A stretch of 64,000 bases of DNA from Acidimicrobiia bacterium (GCA_041576165.1 JBFGLM010000006.1:64001-128000), one strand, 5' to 3'; shown: positions 29,030 to 39,085, numbered from the stretch's first letter. Notes: a model not told the origin generated them from the letters alone. Numbers and translations are program-made.

Positions 29030-30593
29030 CGCCACACCGATACGGCGTCGGCGCGGCCGCCCGGCGACGGTGTTCACCGGTGCGGTCCTGGTCGTCTTCG
29101 CATTGCCGATCGCGTTCCTGGCCTGGGAAACGCTCGCCAACGGTACCGAGACACTGGCGATCGTCTGGAGCAGTCAGACCGCGGCTCCGCTGTTCCGGTC
29201 GCTGCTGATCGCCACCAGTGCGTCGCTCGGCGCCGGGCTCCTGGGGACCTCACTGGCCTGGATCCTGGTGCGGTTGCGGGTACCCGCCCACGCCTGGTGG
29301 CGGGTGCTGGTGCCGTTGCCGCTGGTGATTCCCTCATTTGTAGGTGCGACGGCCATTCGTTTCGCGTTCGGGCCCGGGGGACTTGTTCCCTTTCTGCCCC
29401 GTTTCGAGGGCTTTTGGGGAGCGTGGGCGGCGTTGGTGGCGTTCACGTACCCGTACGTGTATCTACCGGTGGCGGCGCGATTACAGAGCCTTCCCCCCGC
29501 GCTCGAGGACGCGGCCCGGCTCCTGGGGAGCAGGGCACCGCGTATCGCCCGCACCGTCATCTGGCCGCAACTCCGAGGGTCGATCACCGCCGGCATGTTG
29601 CTGGTCTTCTTGTACGCATTGAGCGACTTTGGAGCCGTGTCGATCATGCGCTACGACACGCTGACCCGTGCCATCTTTTCTGCCCGTCTCGCGGCCCCGA
29701 CCACGGCCCTCACTCTGGGTTTCGTGCTTGCGGTGGTCGCTCTGCTGGTCGCAGCCGGCGAACGACACGTGACAGCCGAGAGCGACACCCGCTCGGACGG
29801 ACGCCCCCGCTCCTCCTCCCCCGTTGATTCTGCCTGGCTGTGGGCCGTGCCGCTCGCCGCAGTCGGGCTGGGGTTGTTGGCTCCTGTCGTGGCGTTCATC
29901 GTGTGGTGGCTGCGGGGCTCGCTGGCCGCGGGTGGGGGCTGGGGTGCGTTGGGGGCCAGCTTCTCCGACCTCGGGGCAGCTGCCGTGAACTCGGCGCTGG
30001 CCGGCCTGGTTGCCGCGGCGGTCGCCGCCGCCGTGCTCCTGCCGGTTGCGTTGGTAGCCGCCCGTCCCCGGACCCGCGTCGCACATCTGGCGCCGGTCAC
30101 CACGTCCGCTACCTTCGCGCTACCCGGACTGGTGATCGCCTTTTCCATCGTGTTCTGGGTTGTCCGGTCTCCCGACTTCGTGTTTGCCTTCTACCAAACG
30201 TTCCCGCTGCTGATCGTGGCCTACGTCATACATTTCGGCGCCCAAGCGCTGCGGCCGATGACGAGCGCGGCGGCGGCGCTGCCCCCCGCACTCTCGGAGG
30301 CGGCCGGCACCCTGGGCGCGGGCACGTGGCGCCGGTTGCGAACCATCCACCTGCCACTGATGACACCCGCCATTACCGCCGGCGCCGGCCTCGTCATGCT
30401 GTCGGTCCTCAAAGAGCTTCCGGCCACACTGCTGCTGGCGCCGCCCGGATTCCAGACGCTCGCCACCAAGGTGTGGGGGGCCGCGGAGGAGGGCTTCCTG
30501 GCCGACGCGGGGGCGGCATCGCTCGCCCTGATCGCCCTGTCCGGGGCGTTGTCGTGGTTGGTGCTGTTGCGCCCGGATCCCACCCGTAGATGA
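29004..30593 (+). CDS. fbpB: Fe3+ ABC transporter permease
   Basis: Duplicated EAA loops (LEDAARLLG, LSEAAGTLGA), SDFGAV and KELPATLLL. Start uncertain. Confidence 0.9.
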   Translation: MRAASRARDATPIRRRRGRPATVFTGAVLVVFALPIAFLAWETLANGTETLAIVWSSQTAAPLFRSLLIATSASLGAGLLGTSLAWILVRLRVPAHAWWRVLVPLPLVIPSFVGATAIRFAFGPGGLVPFLPRFEGFWGAWAALVAFTYPYVYLPVAARLQSLPPALEDAARLLGSRAPRIARTVIWPQLRGSITAGMLLVFLYALSDFGAVSIMRYDTLTRAIFSARLAAPTTALTLGFVLAVVALLVAAGERHVTAESDTRSDGRPRSSSPVDSAWLWAVPLAAVGLGLLAPVVAFIVWWLRGSLAAGGGWGALGASFSDLGAAAVNSALAGLVAAAVAAAVLLPVALVAARPRTRVAHLAPVTTSATFALPGLVIAFSIVFWVVRSPDFVFAFYQTFPLLIVAYVIHFGAQALRPMTSAAAALPPALSEAAGTLGAGTWRRLRTIHLPLMTPAITAGAGLVMLSVLKELPATLLLAPPGFQTLATKVWGAAEEGFLADAGAASLALIALSGALSWLVLLRPDPTRR

Positions 30594-30774
30594 GTGAGCG
30601 CCGACGCCGATCCTGTTTTGAATGTGGGCAAAGAATCATTTGACGGGAGCCACGAAACGCGGGACCATGTTGATTGTCATATACCGGTCGGTTCCGCTCA
30701 GCCGTCAGCTGCCAGGGAGTCAGGGTCCCAAACATCATGGGGCTGGCGGAGCCCTCCCTTTGCCGGAGTCCGTG

Positions 30775-31347
30775 ATGGCCAGGGTTGAAATAACGGAAGA
30801 CGAACTAGTAGCCGGGTCGTTTCCCCCCGTGTGCGCAAAGTCGGGTGAGCCTACTCGCCATCTCGTGGCGATGGACATTCGCCTACCTCACCCGATGACA
30901 CGCTGGCTGGTGGTCGCCGGCATCATCCCCTACTTCGTATGGCGCCAGCTCTTTGCGCACCGAGTCGCCGCCAAGATCCCGCTGAGTCAGGCGCTGATCG
31001 AATTGCGTCGCCGCCAGCATGCGTTGCTCCTGGTAGCGGCTGCCGGCGGCACCGCGGCGGCCGGGATCGGAACGGCGCTGCCCGGTGGCAGTACGCGGGC
31101 CGCGATGATTGTCACCGGACTGGTCGTCGCGGTCGGGGCACACATGGTCCTGGCGGGTTGGCGACGCGAGACGACCATCCGGTTCACCGCCACCCGTTAT
31201 GGGACGGTGGTCGTCGACCGCATCCACCCGACTTTCCGTAGCGCCCTCGCCGCCGGAGGGGGTGGATCGGAGATGACATCCGTGAGTTCCTCAGTGCGGC
31301 CCGTCCCGGCGCCGACTTCCGTGCCTCAGCAGCGTCAGTCGGCCTGA
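30775..31347 (+). CDS. Hypothetical membrane protein
   Basis: PPVCAKSGEP N-terminus, three TM segments, DRIHPTF C-terminal motif. Confidence 0.7.
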   Translation: MARVEITEDELVAGSFPPVCAKSGEPTRHLVAMDIRLPHPMTRWLVVAGIIPYFVWRQLFAHRVAAKIPLSQALIELRRRQHALLLVAAAGGTAAAGIGTALPGGSTRAAMIVTGLVVAVGAHMVLAGWRRETTIRFTATRYGTVVVDRIHPTFRSALAAGGGGSEMTSVSSSVRPVPAPTSVPQQRQSA

Positions 31348-31370
31348 CCCAGCCGAGGGGGCCAACCGGC

Positions 31371-31763
31371 TCAGCCCTCTCCCAGCAACGCGAGCGGCTC
31401 CATCACCGCGCTGCTGGTAGCCCGGAACGTGCGGCGTCCCAATCCGACGATCTCGGTAGTGGCGGCCACCACCACGGTCACGCGCCGCGGGGCGTACGAC
31501 CGATCGACACGGCAATCGCACGAAACCAACTGGACCCCGTGCAGCGTGGCGAATCGGCCGGCTTCCGTCTCCGGGTCGCCCACCGATCCGAATGGACGAA
31601 AGGTCACAGCGGCAGCGGCAAGTGCCGCGGCATCGGCTGCGCTTGCCGCTCGATTGCGGGCGATGAATGCCTGCCCGACACCGCCGACCAGGACGGCCAG
31701 CACCATCGCCAGCGCGGTGGCGGCGACCGCCAGCGGCACGAGCGAACCTCTGTCTGATCTCAT
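31371..31763 (-). CDS. TadE/TadG-like pseudopilin (Rv3654c-like)
   Basis: DRGS prepilin site and AASAADAAALAAA motif. Confidence 0.85.
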   Translation of the reverse strand: MRSDRGSLVPLAVAATALAMVLAVLVGGVGQAFIARNRAASAADAAALAAAAVTFRPFGSVGDPETEAGRFATLHGVQLVSCDCRVDRSYAPRRVTVVVAATTEIVGLGRRTFRATSSAVMEPLALLGEG

Positions 31764-32122
31764 GTTTCGACGCGCATCACCGCCCGGCCGCTCACGCGCA
31801 CAGTTGTGCCCCCCAGCACTGCGGCCGCTACCCGATGGACCACCGTCACCTGCACGGAGGCCTCGGCGCCGACCACGGCCGGACGCGAGACGGTGATGAC
31901 AGCAGTCTGAGCCAGGCGGGGCCCGAGCGCCGATCTCACTCTCTGGACGGCCCGGTCGGTGTCGGGAGTGGTCGATGCCACCCGTGCTCCTTCGCGGGCC
32001 GCTCCGATCACTTCGATCTGCGTGCGGGCCACCATCGCCACCTCCGCCAGCGCCGCTATCACCAGCAACACTGTCGGGATCAACAGCGCTAGCTCGACGG
32101 TCCCGCTGCCGCGCTCGGTCAC
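31760..32122 (-). CDS. tadE: TadE-family pseudopilin
   Basis: ERGSGTVELALL and AAREGARVA motifs. Confidence 0.88.
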   Translation of the reverse strand: MTERGSGTVELALLIPTVLLVIAALAEVAMVARTQIEVIGAAREGARVASTTPDTDRAVQRVRSALGPRLAQTAVITVSRPAVVGAEASVQVTVVHRVAAAVLGGTTVRVSGRAVMRVET

Positions 32123-32280
32123 GCCACGTACCCGGTGATCGTGCGAAAAACAGTGTCGAAGAAGGCGGGAATGAGGTTGGTCCCGCTGATCCAAGTGATG
32201 AGCGCGACCGCGAGCGCGGCGGCGGCCAGCATCACGAGAACGTATTCGACGGTTCCTTGCCCCTGGTCTGATCGCAGCAT
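32119..32280 (-). CDS. flp: Flp-type pilin, 53 aa (DUF4244-like)
   Basis: Below the ORF-track cutoff. MLRSDQG/QGTVEYVLVMLAAAALAVALITWISGTNLIPAFFDTVFRTITGYVA has the G/xxxxEY Flp motif. GAGGAG RBS. Confidence 0.9.
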   Translation of the reverse strand: MLRSDQGQGTVEYVLVMLAAAALAVALITWISGTNLIPAFFDTVFRTITGYVA

Positions 32281-32340
32281 GTCGACTCTCCTCTCTCCGG
32301 CCGGAGGCCGGCTCGTTGTGGGAAGTCAGACTGTGAACCG

Positions 32341-32928
32341 CTAGCCCGCGCCGAGCGGGAGCAGCATTCGCTCCGCAATCGCCAGCACAGTGGGACCCAT
32401 GACCATCAGTACGAAACCCGGGAGCAACAGAAGCGCCAGCGGAATCGCGAGTTGCGCGGGAAGCTTGCGGGCGCGGGTGATCCGGTCTGTCACGATCGCA
32501 GCCCGAGCCTCGCGAGCGTAGGCGCGGATGAGCGGTTCTTGGGGAGCCCCGGCGCGGATGGCCCCGGCCAGCACAGTGAGAAACGGCCCGAGCGCACCCT
32601 CATGGTCAAGCACGGCGGCGGCCAGCCCTAGCTGCGCCGCTCGGCGCAGAATCGCCACCAACTCAGCCCGAGCCGGTTCGGGTCCGCGCGATGCGCAGAA
32701 CTCGAGTGTTCGCTCGAGTGTCAGCCCGGCGGCAAGCCCGACCGCGGTGAGATGGGCCACATTGACCGGCGTCATCGGATCTGGCCGCCTCGTGGCTCGA
32801 CGGCGCAGCCCATCGCGAACACGCGCAGAGGCGTCAGCCAGCCGAGCCGGGCGGGGGCGGCCGCGCGGTCTGGCGTCACTGCCGGCGAGCAGCATGGCGG
32901 CGGCGAGCATCAGAGCGGCAATCGTCAT
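32341..32928 (-). CDS. tadC: TadC-like type II secretion F-domain protein
   Basis: GLAAGLT and ARKLPAQLAIPLALLLLPGF motifs, and position in the cluster. Confidence 0.82.
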   Translation of the reverse strand: MTIAALMLAAAMLLAGSDARPRGRPRPARLADASARVRDGLRRRATRRPDPMTPVNVAHLTAVGLAAGLTLERTLEFCASRGPEPARAELVAILRRAAQLGLAAAVLDHEGALGPFLTVLAGAIRAGAPQEPLIRAYAREARAAIVTDRITRARKLPAQLAIPLALLLLPGFVLMVMGPTVLAIAERMLLPLGAG

Positions 32929-33584
32929 TGCAGCGCCCGCCGGGCGAGCGCCCCTACCGCTGCGACACCAGCCATCACCAGCATCAGGCCGGCGGCCACG
33001 CTCACCTGCCCTCCGGCCGAATCGAGCAGACGGCCCACTCGCCCCGTCACGATCAGCAACCCGATCACCAGGACCGGAGCGCCTCCGATGATCCACACTG
33101 CGAGCCAGGCCGGAGCGGCGCCGGCCGCAACCTCACGGCGGACCTCCATCTCCTCCGCCGCGATTTCTGCCATCACCTCGAATGCCCCGATGGCGCCACC
33201 TCCGCTCATTGCACTGAACTCGATGGCTGCAGCCGCCAACGGCCCGGTCTCCGGCAAGCGACGGGCGGTCTGTGGGCCGAGCTCCTCAACCGGGTGGCCC
33301 GCCCGCAAGCGGCGGGCCACCTGCCGGAGCTCGAGTGCTGGATCGTCCTCGGCGGCATCCGCCAGCGCGATCCGCAACGAGGCACCCGCCCGCAGTCGAG
33401 CCGCAACGGTCTGATGAAATCGGATCTCCGGCGACAGGCGGGGTTTGGCCCGGGCGGCGACGATCAGGCCCAGGAGCGCAAGCACCAAGGGGACGGGGAC
33501 GACCAGGGCTGCCATCAAGACGGCGGCTTCCCACCGGTGGCGAGGCCCGGCAAACAGGACGCCTGCCAGCACGAAAGCGATCAC
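32925..33584 (-). CDS. tadB: TadB-like protein
   Basis: ARLRAGASL motif, C-terminal TM pair, and position after tadA. Confidence 0.82.
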   Translation of the reverse strand: MIAFVLAGVLFAGPRHRWEAAVLMAALVVPVPLVLALLGLIVAARAKPRLSPEIRFHQTVAARLRAGASLRIALADAAEDDPALELRQVARRLRAGHPVEELGPQTARRLPETGPLAAAAIEFSAMSGGGAIGAFEVMAEIAAEEMEVRREVAAGAAPAWLAVWIIGGAPVLVIGLLIVTGRVGRLLDSAGGQVSVAAGLMLVMAGVAAVGALARRALQ

Positions 33585-34639
33585 GGCGACACCTCCTGCA
33601 ACTCGTCGCGCCCGACGCGAGCGAGTGCCGCCACCCGGCGGCGCCCGTGACGGCGCTCGACATGGACGATCACGTCGATCGCCGACCACAGCTGGCGGCG
33701 CACCACCTCCGGGTTCACTCGCCGCTCCCCTGACAGCGCGAGTATCTCGAGCCGGGACAGCGCGTCGGCGGGACTGTTCGCGTGCACGGTCGACATGGAG
33801 CCCGCATGGCCGGTGTTCATGGCGTTGATCAAGTCGAGGGCCTCGGGACCGCGGACCTCACCGACCACGATCCGATCAGGCCGCAGGCGCAGAGCCGCCC
33901 GGACCAGCGTCTCGAGGTCTATTGCGCCGAATCCTTCGGCATTCGGGGGCCGCGCCTCCAGCCGCAGCACGTGGCCGGCTAACCGCAGTTCGGCCGCGTC
34001 CTCGACCGTAACTGTGCGTTCGCCGATCGGTATCTCCTGCGAAAGCACGTTGAGCAAGGTCGTTTTCCCGGCACCGGTGCCGCCGCTGACGAGGACGTTC
34101 TGGCGGCTGTCGACCGCCTGCGCCAGCGCCGCCGCCCAGCCGGCTGAAATCGACCCGGCGGCAACCAGATCTCCGAGTGTTCGGACGGTCGCGGTGAAGC
34201 GCCGAATCGCCACGATCGGCCCGTCGACGGCGACCGGAGGAATCGCAGCGTGGAGGCGACTGCCGTCGGCGAGACGGGCATCGATGATCGGGGATGCGGT
34301 ATCGAGTCGGAGACCCAGCGAGGCGATGACTCGCTGAACGCTGGCCAGCAAGGCGTCGGCCGATTCGAACGTCACCTCCGCCCTGGTCAAGGCGCCGGCC
34401 CGTTCTGCCCACACCTCGTCGGGTCGGTTCACGAAGACATCGGTGACTTCGGGATCGCGCAGGAGCGTCTCGAGCGGGCCGAGCCCGACGAGGCCGTCGA
34501 CAACCGCCGCCAGAGCGGCACCGTCGGCCAGCGGTGCCAGCGTGCGGGCGGCCCGCTCGGCGGCCGGCACCAACGCCTCTCTCGTCAGCGGAACGCCGCT
34601 GTCGACCAGTGCGGCCTGGAGGCGTTCGATCAGGTCCAC
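33581..34639 (-). CDS. tadA: CpaF/TadA pilus ATPase
   Basis: GLGPLETLLRDPEVTDVFVN, SGGTGAGKTT, RLRPDRIVVGEVRG and NTGHAGSMSTVHANS motifs. Confidence 0.96.
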   Translation of the reverse strand: MDLIERLQAALVDSGVPLTREALVPAAERAARTLAPLADGAALAAVVDGLVGLGPLETLLRDPEVTDVFVNRPDEVWAERAGALTRAEVTFESADALLASVQRVIASLGLRLDTASPIIDARLADGSRLHAAIPPVAVDGPIVAIRRFTATVRTLGDLVAAGSISAGWAAALAQAVDSRQNVLVSGGTGAGKTTLLNVLSQEIPIGERTVTVEDAAELRLAGHVLRLEARPPNAEGFGAIDLETLVRAALRLRPDRIVVGEVRGPEALDLINAMNTGHAGSMSTVHANSPADALSRLEILALSGERRVNPEVVRRQLWSAIDVIVHVERRHGRRRVAALARVGRDELQEVSP

Positions 34640-35157
34640 GGATGACTCCACACCGTCCGCCACGCTCGCACCCACCGCCCCCGCGGACGGCGGCCCCCGA
34701 ACGCGGCCCGCACGGCGGCCGGCCCGGGCGGGGGCAGTACGAACCCGTTGCCGATGGCGCCACCCGGAATCCCCGTCTGCTGGTACACGGCCGGGCCCGG
34801 CGCAGCCAAGACGCCCGGCAGCACCGGGTGCACCGGTACCGTAGGGATAGGAAGGGCTTCGGCCGATCGCACGACGACGGCCGGCCATCCGGTCCCGAAC
34901 GCCTCAACCAACTCACGGGCGTCCTGCCACCCGGCGCCCCCACTCGCCAGCACCGCCAGTCCCCGCCGCCGCGGACGGAGCTCGTCGAGTGTGGGGCTGG
35001 CTCGCACCACCTCGGCGACCGAAGCAGGTGACGGCAGGGGGATACCGTCGGGGTCCAGGTCCAGCACGAGAGCGGTGCCGGCGGCGGCGCCCAGGCCGAG
35101 CGGGGCGAGAACTGACAGCACGCCGCCTACCGGTGTGTGGACTGCCAGGATCGGCAC
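34630..35157 (-). CDS. Short Ssd/TadZ-like protein
   Basis: Sits at the Ssd position upstream of tadA. Keeps LVLDLDP but shows no Walker A motif. Confidence 0.65.
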   Translation of the reverse strand: MPILAVHTPVGGVLSVLAPLGLGAAAGTALVLDLDPDGIPLPSPASVAEVVRASPTLDELRPRRRGLAVLASGGAGWQDARELVEAFGTGWPAVVVRSAEALPIPTVPVHPVLPGVLAAPGPAVYQQTGIPGGAIGNGFVLPPPGPAAVRAAFGGRRPRGRWVRAWRTVWSHPWT

Positions 35158-35181
35158 GTGGTTTCCTCTCGTTGACCGCCC

Positions 35182-35195
35182 CGAACGTACGTTCT
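35182..35195. promoter_or_regulatory. LexA (SOS) box
   Basis: CGAAC-GTAC-GTTCT matches the Gram-positive/actinobacterial GAAC-N4-GTTC consensus, 24 nt upstream of the first tad gene. Confidence 0.65.
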
Positions 35196-35401
35196 ACGAC
35201 CTGCCTTGTGAAGGTCTAGACACGGCCGTGTTGGCATGGCACAAAGATGGGTTCGGCCGCCCCCCAAATGGGCCCCAACCGGGTCCGACCTCGCAATGCC
35301 GGATCGTCGCGTCTACCCGCGTGCGTTGCATCGGACGGGGCTCGGGAGCGAACTACGCTGCCGACGGCACCCAATCACCACCCACCTGAGCGGAGAAAGC
35401 C

Positions 35402-36844
35402 TTGGTTACTTCCGGTCGGCGCGAAAGCGGCGTTGCCCGGCTGATCAGCGTCCGTGATCTGCTCAACCGCCCCCAGGTCTGGGTGATCCTCGCGGCGGCC
35501 GGCTACGCAGTTGCACAGCTGCTCCTCTTGCACGAGGACCGCTTCTTCGAATGGGACGAGGCCGTGTACGTATCCGAGGTCCGCCCGGGCACCCGGCCAA
35601 TCGGTTTCGCAGTCCACCGCGCCCGCGGCATCGTCTGGCTGATCGCTCCAGTGACCGGACTGTCACCTTCGATCGCCGCGCTCCGGATCTACCTCGTCGC
35701 CCTATCCAGCGTCGGCCTCGCTGCCGCGTTCTTGATCTGGTCCCGGCAGATCCGGTGGGCGGCGCCGATTGCAGCCGGCCTTTTCGCCGTCAACTGGAGC
35801 ACCGTGTTGTACGGGTCCGAGGTGTCGCCAAACCTCTTCGTCGCCTGTGTGGCCATTGCGGCCGTCGGCACGGCGGTCTGGTGTGGGCGCGAGCCCTCGA
35901 CCTGGCTGTTGATAATGCTGGCCGCGCTCATCGGCGTGGCAACCATCTTCCGCCCGTTGGACGCGTTTCTGCTAGCGATAGCCGCCGCGGCCACCGCCGT
36001 CATCATCGAACGCCGAGTACGCCGCCCGGTGATGGTGAGCGCCGCAACCGGATTCGGGGTGGGGCTGGTGCCCTGGCTGGTCGAGGCCTGGGTTCGCTTC
36101 GGAGGGCCGCTCGACAGGTTGCGGGCGGCTCGTGAGTTCGTGGGCGGCGGCATCCGTTTCCAGCTGGGCGAGCACGCCCGGCTGTTGGACGGCCCGCTGG
36201 TCGGTCCCGACGCCGGCGGGGCGGTCTTCACCGGCGGCCTGTGGTGGGTCGCCGCCCTCGGCTCGCTCGGTCTGGTCGCTGCCTTCGCCCCCGGGCGCCA
36301 TCGCCGCGCCGGCGCAGCTGCGCTGATGGCCGGTATCTGGTTGTGGCTGCCATACCTCTTCAGCGTTCGTGTCCTCGCTCCCAGGTTTCTGCTGCCCGGC
36401 CTGGGGCTACTGTGCGTGGCGGCCGGTTTGGGCATCGAGTCCCTGCTCCAGGCCAGGCGCCGGCTCCCGCTCATAGCCGTCGCCGCCTTCATGGTCACTG
36501 GCGTGCTCTGGAACCTGTCCACTGCGTCCCGCGTGGAGCTTGGTCAGGTGGAGGCTCGTTCCCAAGCCGAGGTACTCGGGAGCTTCATCCGCGAGCGGGC
36601 CGGCGAAGGCAAATGCAACTTCGTGAGCCAGTTTGCCTACCCCCAAGTCGAGCTGGCTTCGGGCTGCGATGGCCGGGCGTTCGTCATCGGCGACGCGGCG
36701 GGTCCCGACCGGCTCGAGGCCTTGGCCGAGGAAGGCCGGAGCGTCTTCGTCGTCTCCGCGGCCGATCCGATGCTGGGTTCCGGCTGGGACTGCCAAACGG
36801 TAGCGACTCCGGGCAACCTCACCTGGCATGTGTGTATGCGCTGA
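35402..36844 (+). CDS. GT-C fold membrane glycosyltransferase (ArnT/PMT-like)
   Basis: WDEAVY in the first external loop, many TM segments, PRFLLP and a soluble C-terminal domain. Start uncertain. Confidence 0.75.
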   Translation: MVTSGRRESGVARLISVRDLLNRPQVWVILAAAGYAVAQLLLLHEDRFFEWDEAVYVSEVRPGTRPIGFAVHRARGIVWLIAPVTGLSPSIAALRIYLVALSSVGLAAAFLIWSRQIRWAAPIAAGLFAVNWSTVLYGSEVSPNLFVACVAIAAVGTAVWCGREPSTWLLIMLAALIGVATIFRPLDAFLLAIAAAATAVIIERRVRRPVMVSAATGFGVGLVPWLVEAWVRFGGPLDRLRAAREFVGGGIRFQLGEHARLLDGPLVGPDAGGAVFTGGLWWVAALGSLGLVAAFAPGRHRRAGAAALMAGIWLWLPYLFSVRVLAPRFLLPGLGLLCVAAGLGIESLLQARRRLPLIAVAAFMVTGVLWNLSTASRVELGQVEARSQAEVLGSFIRERAGEGKCNFVSQFAYPQVELASGCDGRAFVIGDAAGPDRLEALAEEGRSVFVVSAADPMLGSGWDCQTVATPGNLTWHVCMR

Positions 36845-36858
36845 GGCGCCGCAGTCGC

Positions 36859-38070
36859 TCACGCCGGACCGACGACGCCCCCCGACCGCAGCTCCGCGAT
36901 GTCCGACTCGGAATAACCCAGGTCGGACAGCACCGCATCTGTGTCGGCCCCCGGATCTGCCGCTGGCCCCCGGGGAATTACGCCCTCGAGGTACACCGGC
37001 GTCGCGATGGTCGGGAAGGCGCCGGCGGCGGAATGGTCCAGCTTGGGAAACATGCCCATCGCCTCGGCCTGCGGATCAGCGGCGATGTCCTCCAGCAGGC
37101 TGCCCGGTCCCCAGATCAGGCCGGCCTCGTCGAGCACGGCTGCCCACTCCGACAATGGCCGGGATCCGAAGATGTCATCAAGTTCGTCGACAATCTCAGG
37201 CATGGCCTGATAACGGTCGCGCCCGGTCGGGTATTCATCGAGCCACTCCGGCTTGCCGATCGCCTCACAGAAAGCCGGCCAGTAGCGGCTCCCCGGCATT
37301 GTCAGGATGATCCAGCGCCCGTCGGCACACCGGTATCGGTTGTTGATCGGCGTCAGCTCGTGGTGCCGGTCACGCACCTTTGGATTACGACCATCGCCCA
37401 AGCCGGTTGCGAACACGGAACCCAGAGCCCAGACAGCTGTCCCGTACAAGCTCACGTCGACCAGCGAGCCTTCGCCATAGCGCTCGGCCTTGCGCAGACC
37501 CGCCAGGACACCCGTTGCCACCGCCAGACCCGTTGCGTGATCACCGAAGGCCTGGGGTGTGAGCAACGCCTCGCCGTCCGGCGGTGTCATAGCCGCCAGC
37601 AAACCTCCCCGACCGATGAACGCGGTGTAGTCGTAGCCCGGTTTCTCGGCGTCGGGCCCAGTCTGGCCGTAGCCGGAAACGGCGGCGTAGACCAGCTGAG
37701 GGTTCAGCTGCTGCAACTCGGGATAGCTGACGCCGTACTTGGCCTGACGCCGGGGCAGGAGGTTGGTCAGGAATACCTGCGCGTCGACGACCAGCTTGTG
37801 GACGATTTCCTTCGCGCCAGCCTGATCGAGCGACAGGCAGATCGAGCGTTTGCCCCGATTCTCTGCCTGATACGCGAAGTCTGGGTCTATCTCGCCGTCC
37901 GCGAGCTTTGCGGGCCGGGTCATTCCCCGAAACGGATCCCCGCCGGGCGGCTCGATCTTGATCACATCGGCCCCCATGTCGGCGAGGATGGCGCCGGCGC
38001 TGGGGGCGGCCACCCAGCTGGCCAGCTCGATCACGCGTACGTCCTGCAGCGGCAAAGTGGGATCAGACAT
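36859..38070 (-). CDS. CaiB/BaiF family III CoA-transferase
   Basis: LADMGADVIKIEPPGGDPFR, NRGKRS and SGYGQTGP...GYD motifs. Confidence 0.95.
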   Translation of the reverse strand: MSDPTLPLQDVRVIELASWVAAPSAGAILADMGADVIKIEPPGGDPFRGMTRPAKLADGEIDPDFAYQAENRGKRSICLSLDQAGAKEIVHKLVVDAQVFLTNLLPRRQAKYGVSYPELQQLNPQLVYAAVSGYGQTGPDAEKPGYDYTAFIGRGGLLAAMTPPDGEALLTPQAFGDHATGLAVATGVLAGLRKAERYGEGSLVDVSLYGTAVWALGSVFATGLGDGRNPKVRDRHHELTPINNRYRCADGRWIILTMPGSRYWPAFCEAIGKPEWLDEYPTGRDRYQAMPEIVDELDDIFGSRPLSEWAAVLDEAGLIWGPGSLLEDIAADPQAEAMGMFPKLDHSAAGAFPTIATPVYLEGVIPRGPAADPGADTDAVLSDLGYSESDIAELRSGGVVGPA

Positions 38071-38164
38071 ACGCCTGATCGTAGGCAAACGCGCCGGGCC
38101 ATATCGGGAACGCCGCGATATCGCTCCATCGTTCCATTCAGGTGACGTCGTACAATCGTCAGCT

Positions 38165-39016
38165 GTGACCACAGGGATCACGCAAGTGTCCGGGTCCACG
38201 GTCGCCAACGGGGACCGCGGACCCCAAGCGGCTGCGTTCTTCGATTTGGACAAGACGGTGATCGCCAAATCGTCGACGCTTGCTTTCAGCCGCCCGTTGT
38301 ACCGGGCCGGATTTTTGAACCGCCGAGCCCTCATCAAGGCGGGAATTGCCCAGGCCGTCTACATGATGGTGGGGGCAGACCACGACCAGCTGGAGCGGGT
38401 GCGGAACCAACTGATGCAGCTGACGCGGGGCTGGAGCTCTGCCGAAGTCCGGGAACTGGTGCGGGAGACGGTGGACGAAGTCGTGTCACCGCTGGTGTTC
38501 GCGGAGGCGCTGGCCATCATGGACGAGCATCGGCGGGCCGGACGGCGAGTTGTGATCATCTCTGCCAGTCCTGAGGAAGTGGTCCGGCCACTCGCTCGTT
38601 ACCTCGGGGTGGATCACGTCATCGCCACCCGGTCGAAGATCGACCAGCAGGGTCGCTACACCGGCGAGCTCGATTTCTATGCGTACGGACCGGGGAAAGC
38701 CGAGGCGATAACCGACCTCGCCGACAAATGGGGCCTCGATCTGGGCGCAAGTTACGCCTATTCGGATAGCGTCACTGACCTCCCGATGATGGAGGTTGTT
38801 GGCCACCCGATCGCAGTCAACCCGGACAAGGAACTCAAGGAGATCGCCGACGCCCGTGACTGGCCGATCATGGATTTCGAACGCCCGGTGACGATACGCA
38901 CGCGGCTCGCCACGCTACCCAAACCGGTGCCGATCATCTCGGGGGCGGCGGTAGCCGGCGCCGTTGCCGGTGCCCTCACGCTGTGGGCGCTCCGCGCTCG
39001 TCGCTCCGTGACCTGA
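38165..39016 (+). CDS. HAD-IB hydrolase (Rv3661-like)
   Basis: FFDLDKTVIAKSS and AYSDSVTDLPM motifs. TACAAT -10 element 8 nt before the GTG. Confidence 0.93.
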   Translation: MTTGITQVSGSTVANGDRGPQAAAFFDLDKTVIAKSSTLAFSRPLYRAGFLNRRALIKAGIAQAVYMMVGADHDQLERVRNQLMQLTRGWSSAEVRELVRETVDEVVSPLVFAEALAIMDEHRRAGRRVVIISASPEEVVRPLARYLGVDHVIATRSKIDQQGRYTGELDFYAYGPGKAEAITDLADKWGLDLGASYAYSDSVTDLPMMEVVGHPIAVNPDKELKEIADARDWPIMDFERPVTIRTRLATLPKPVPIISGAAVAGAVAGALTLWALRARRSVT

Positions 39017-39085
39017 CGCCCCGTCAGCAAAGGCTGGCGCATAGCTGGTGAGTTGGCTGACAACCGATGCGAAGGAAAGGCTCCG

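Noticed and set aside
30594-30774. c-di-GMP-I riboswitch-like words (GGGCAAA, GAAA, GGGAC)
   Set aside because: Spacing and pairing do not fit the aptamer.
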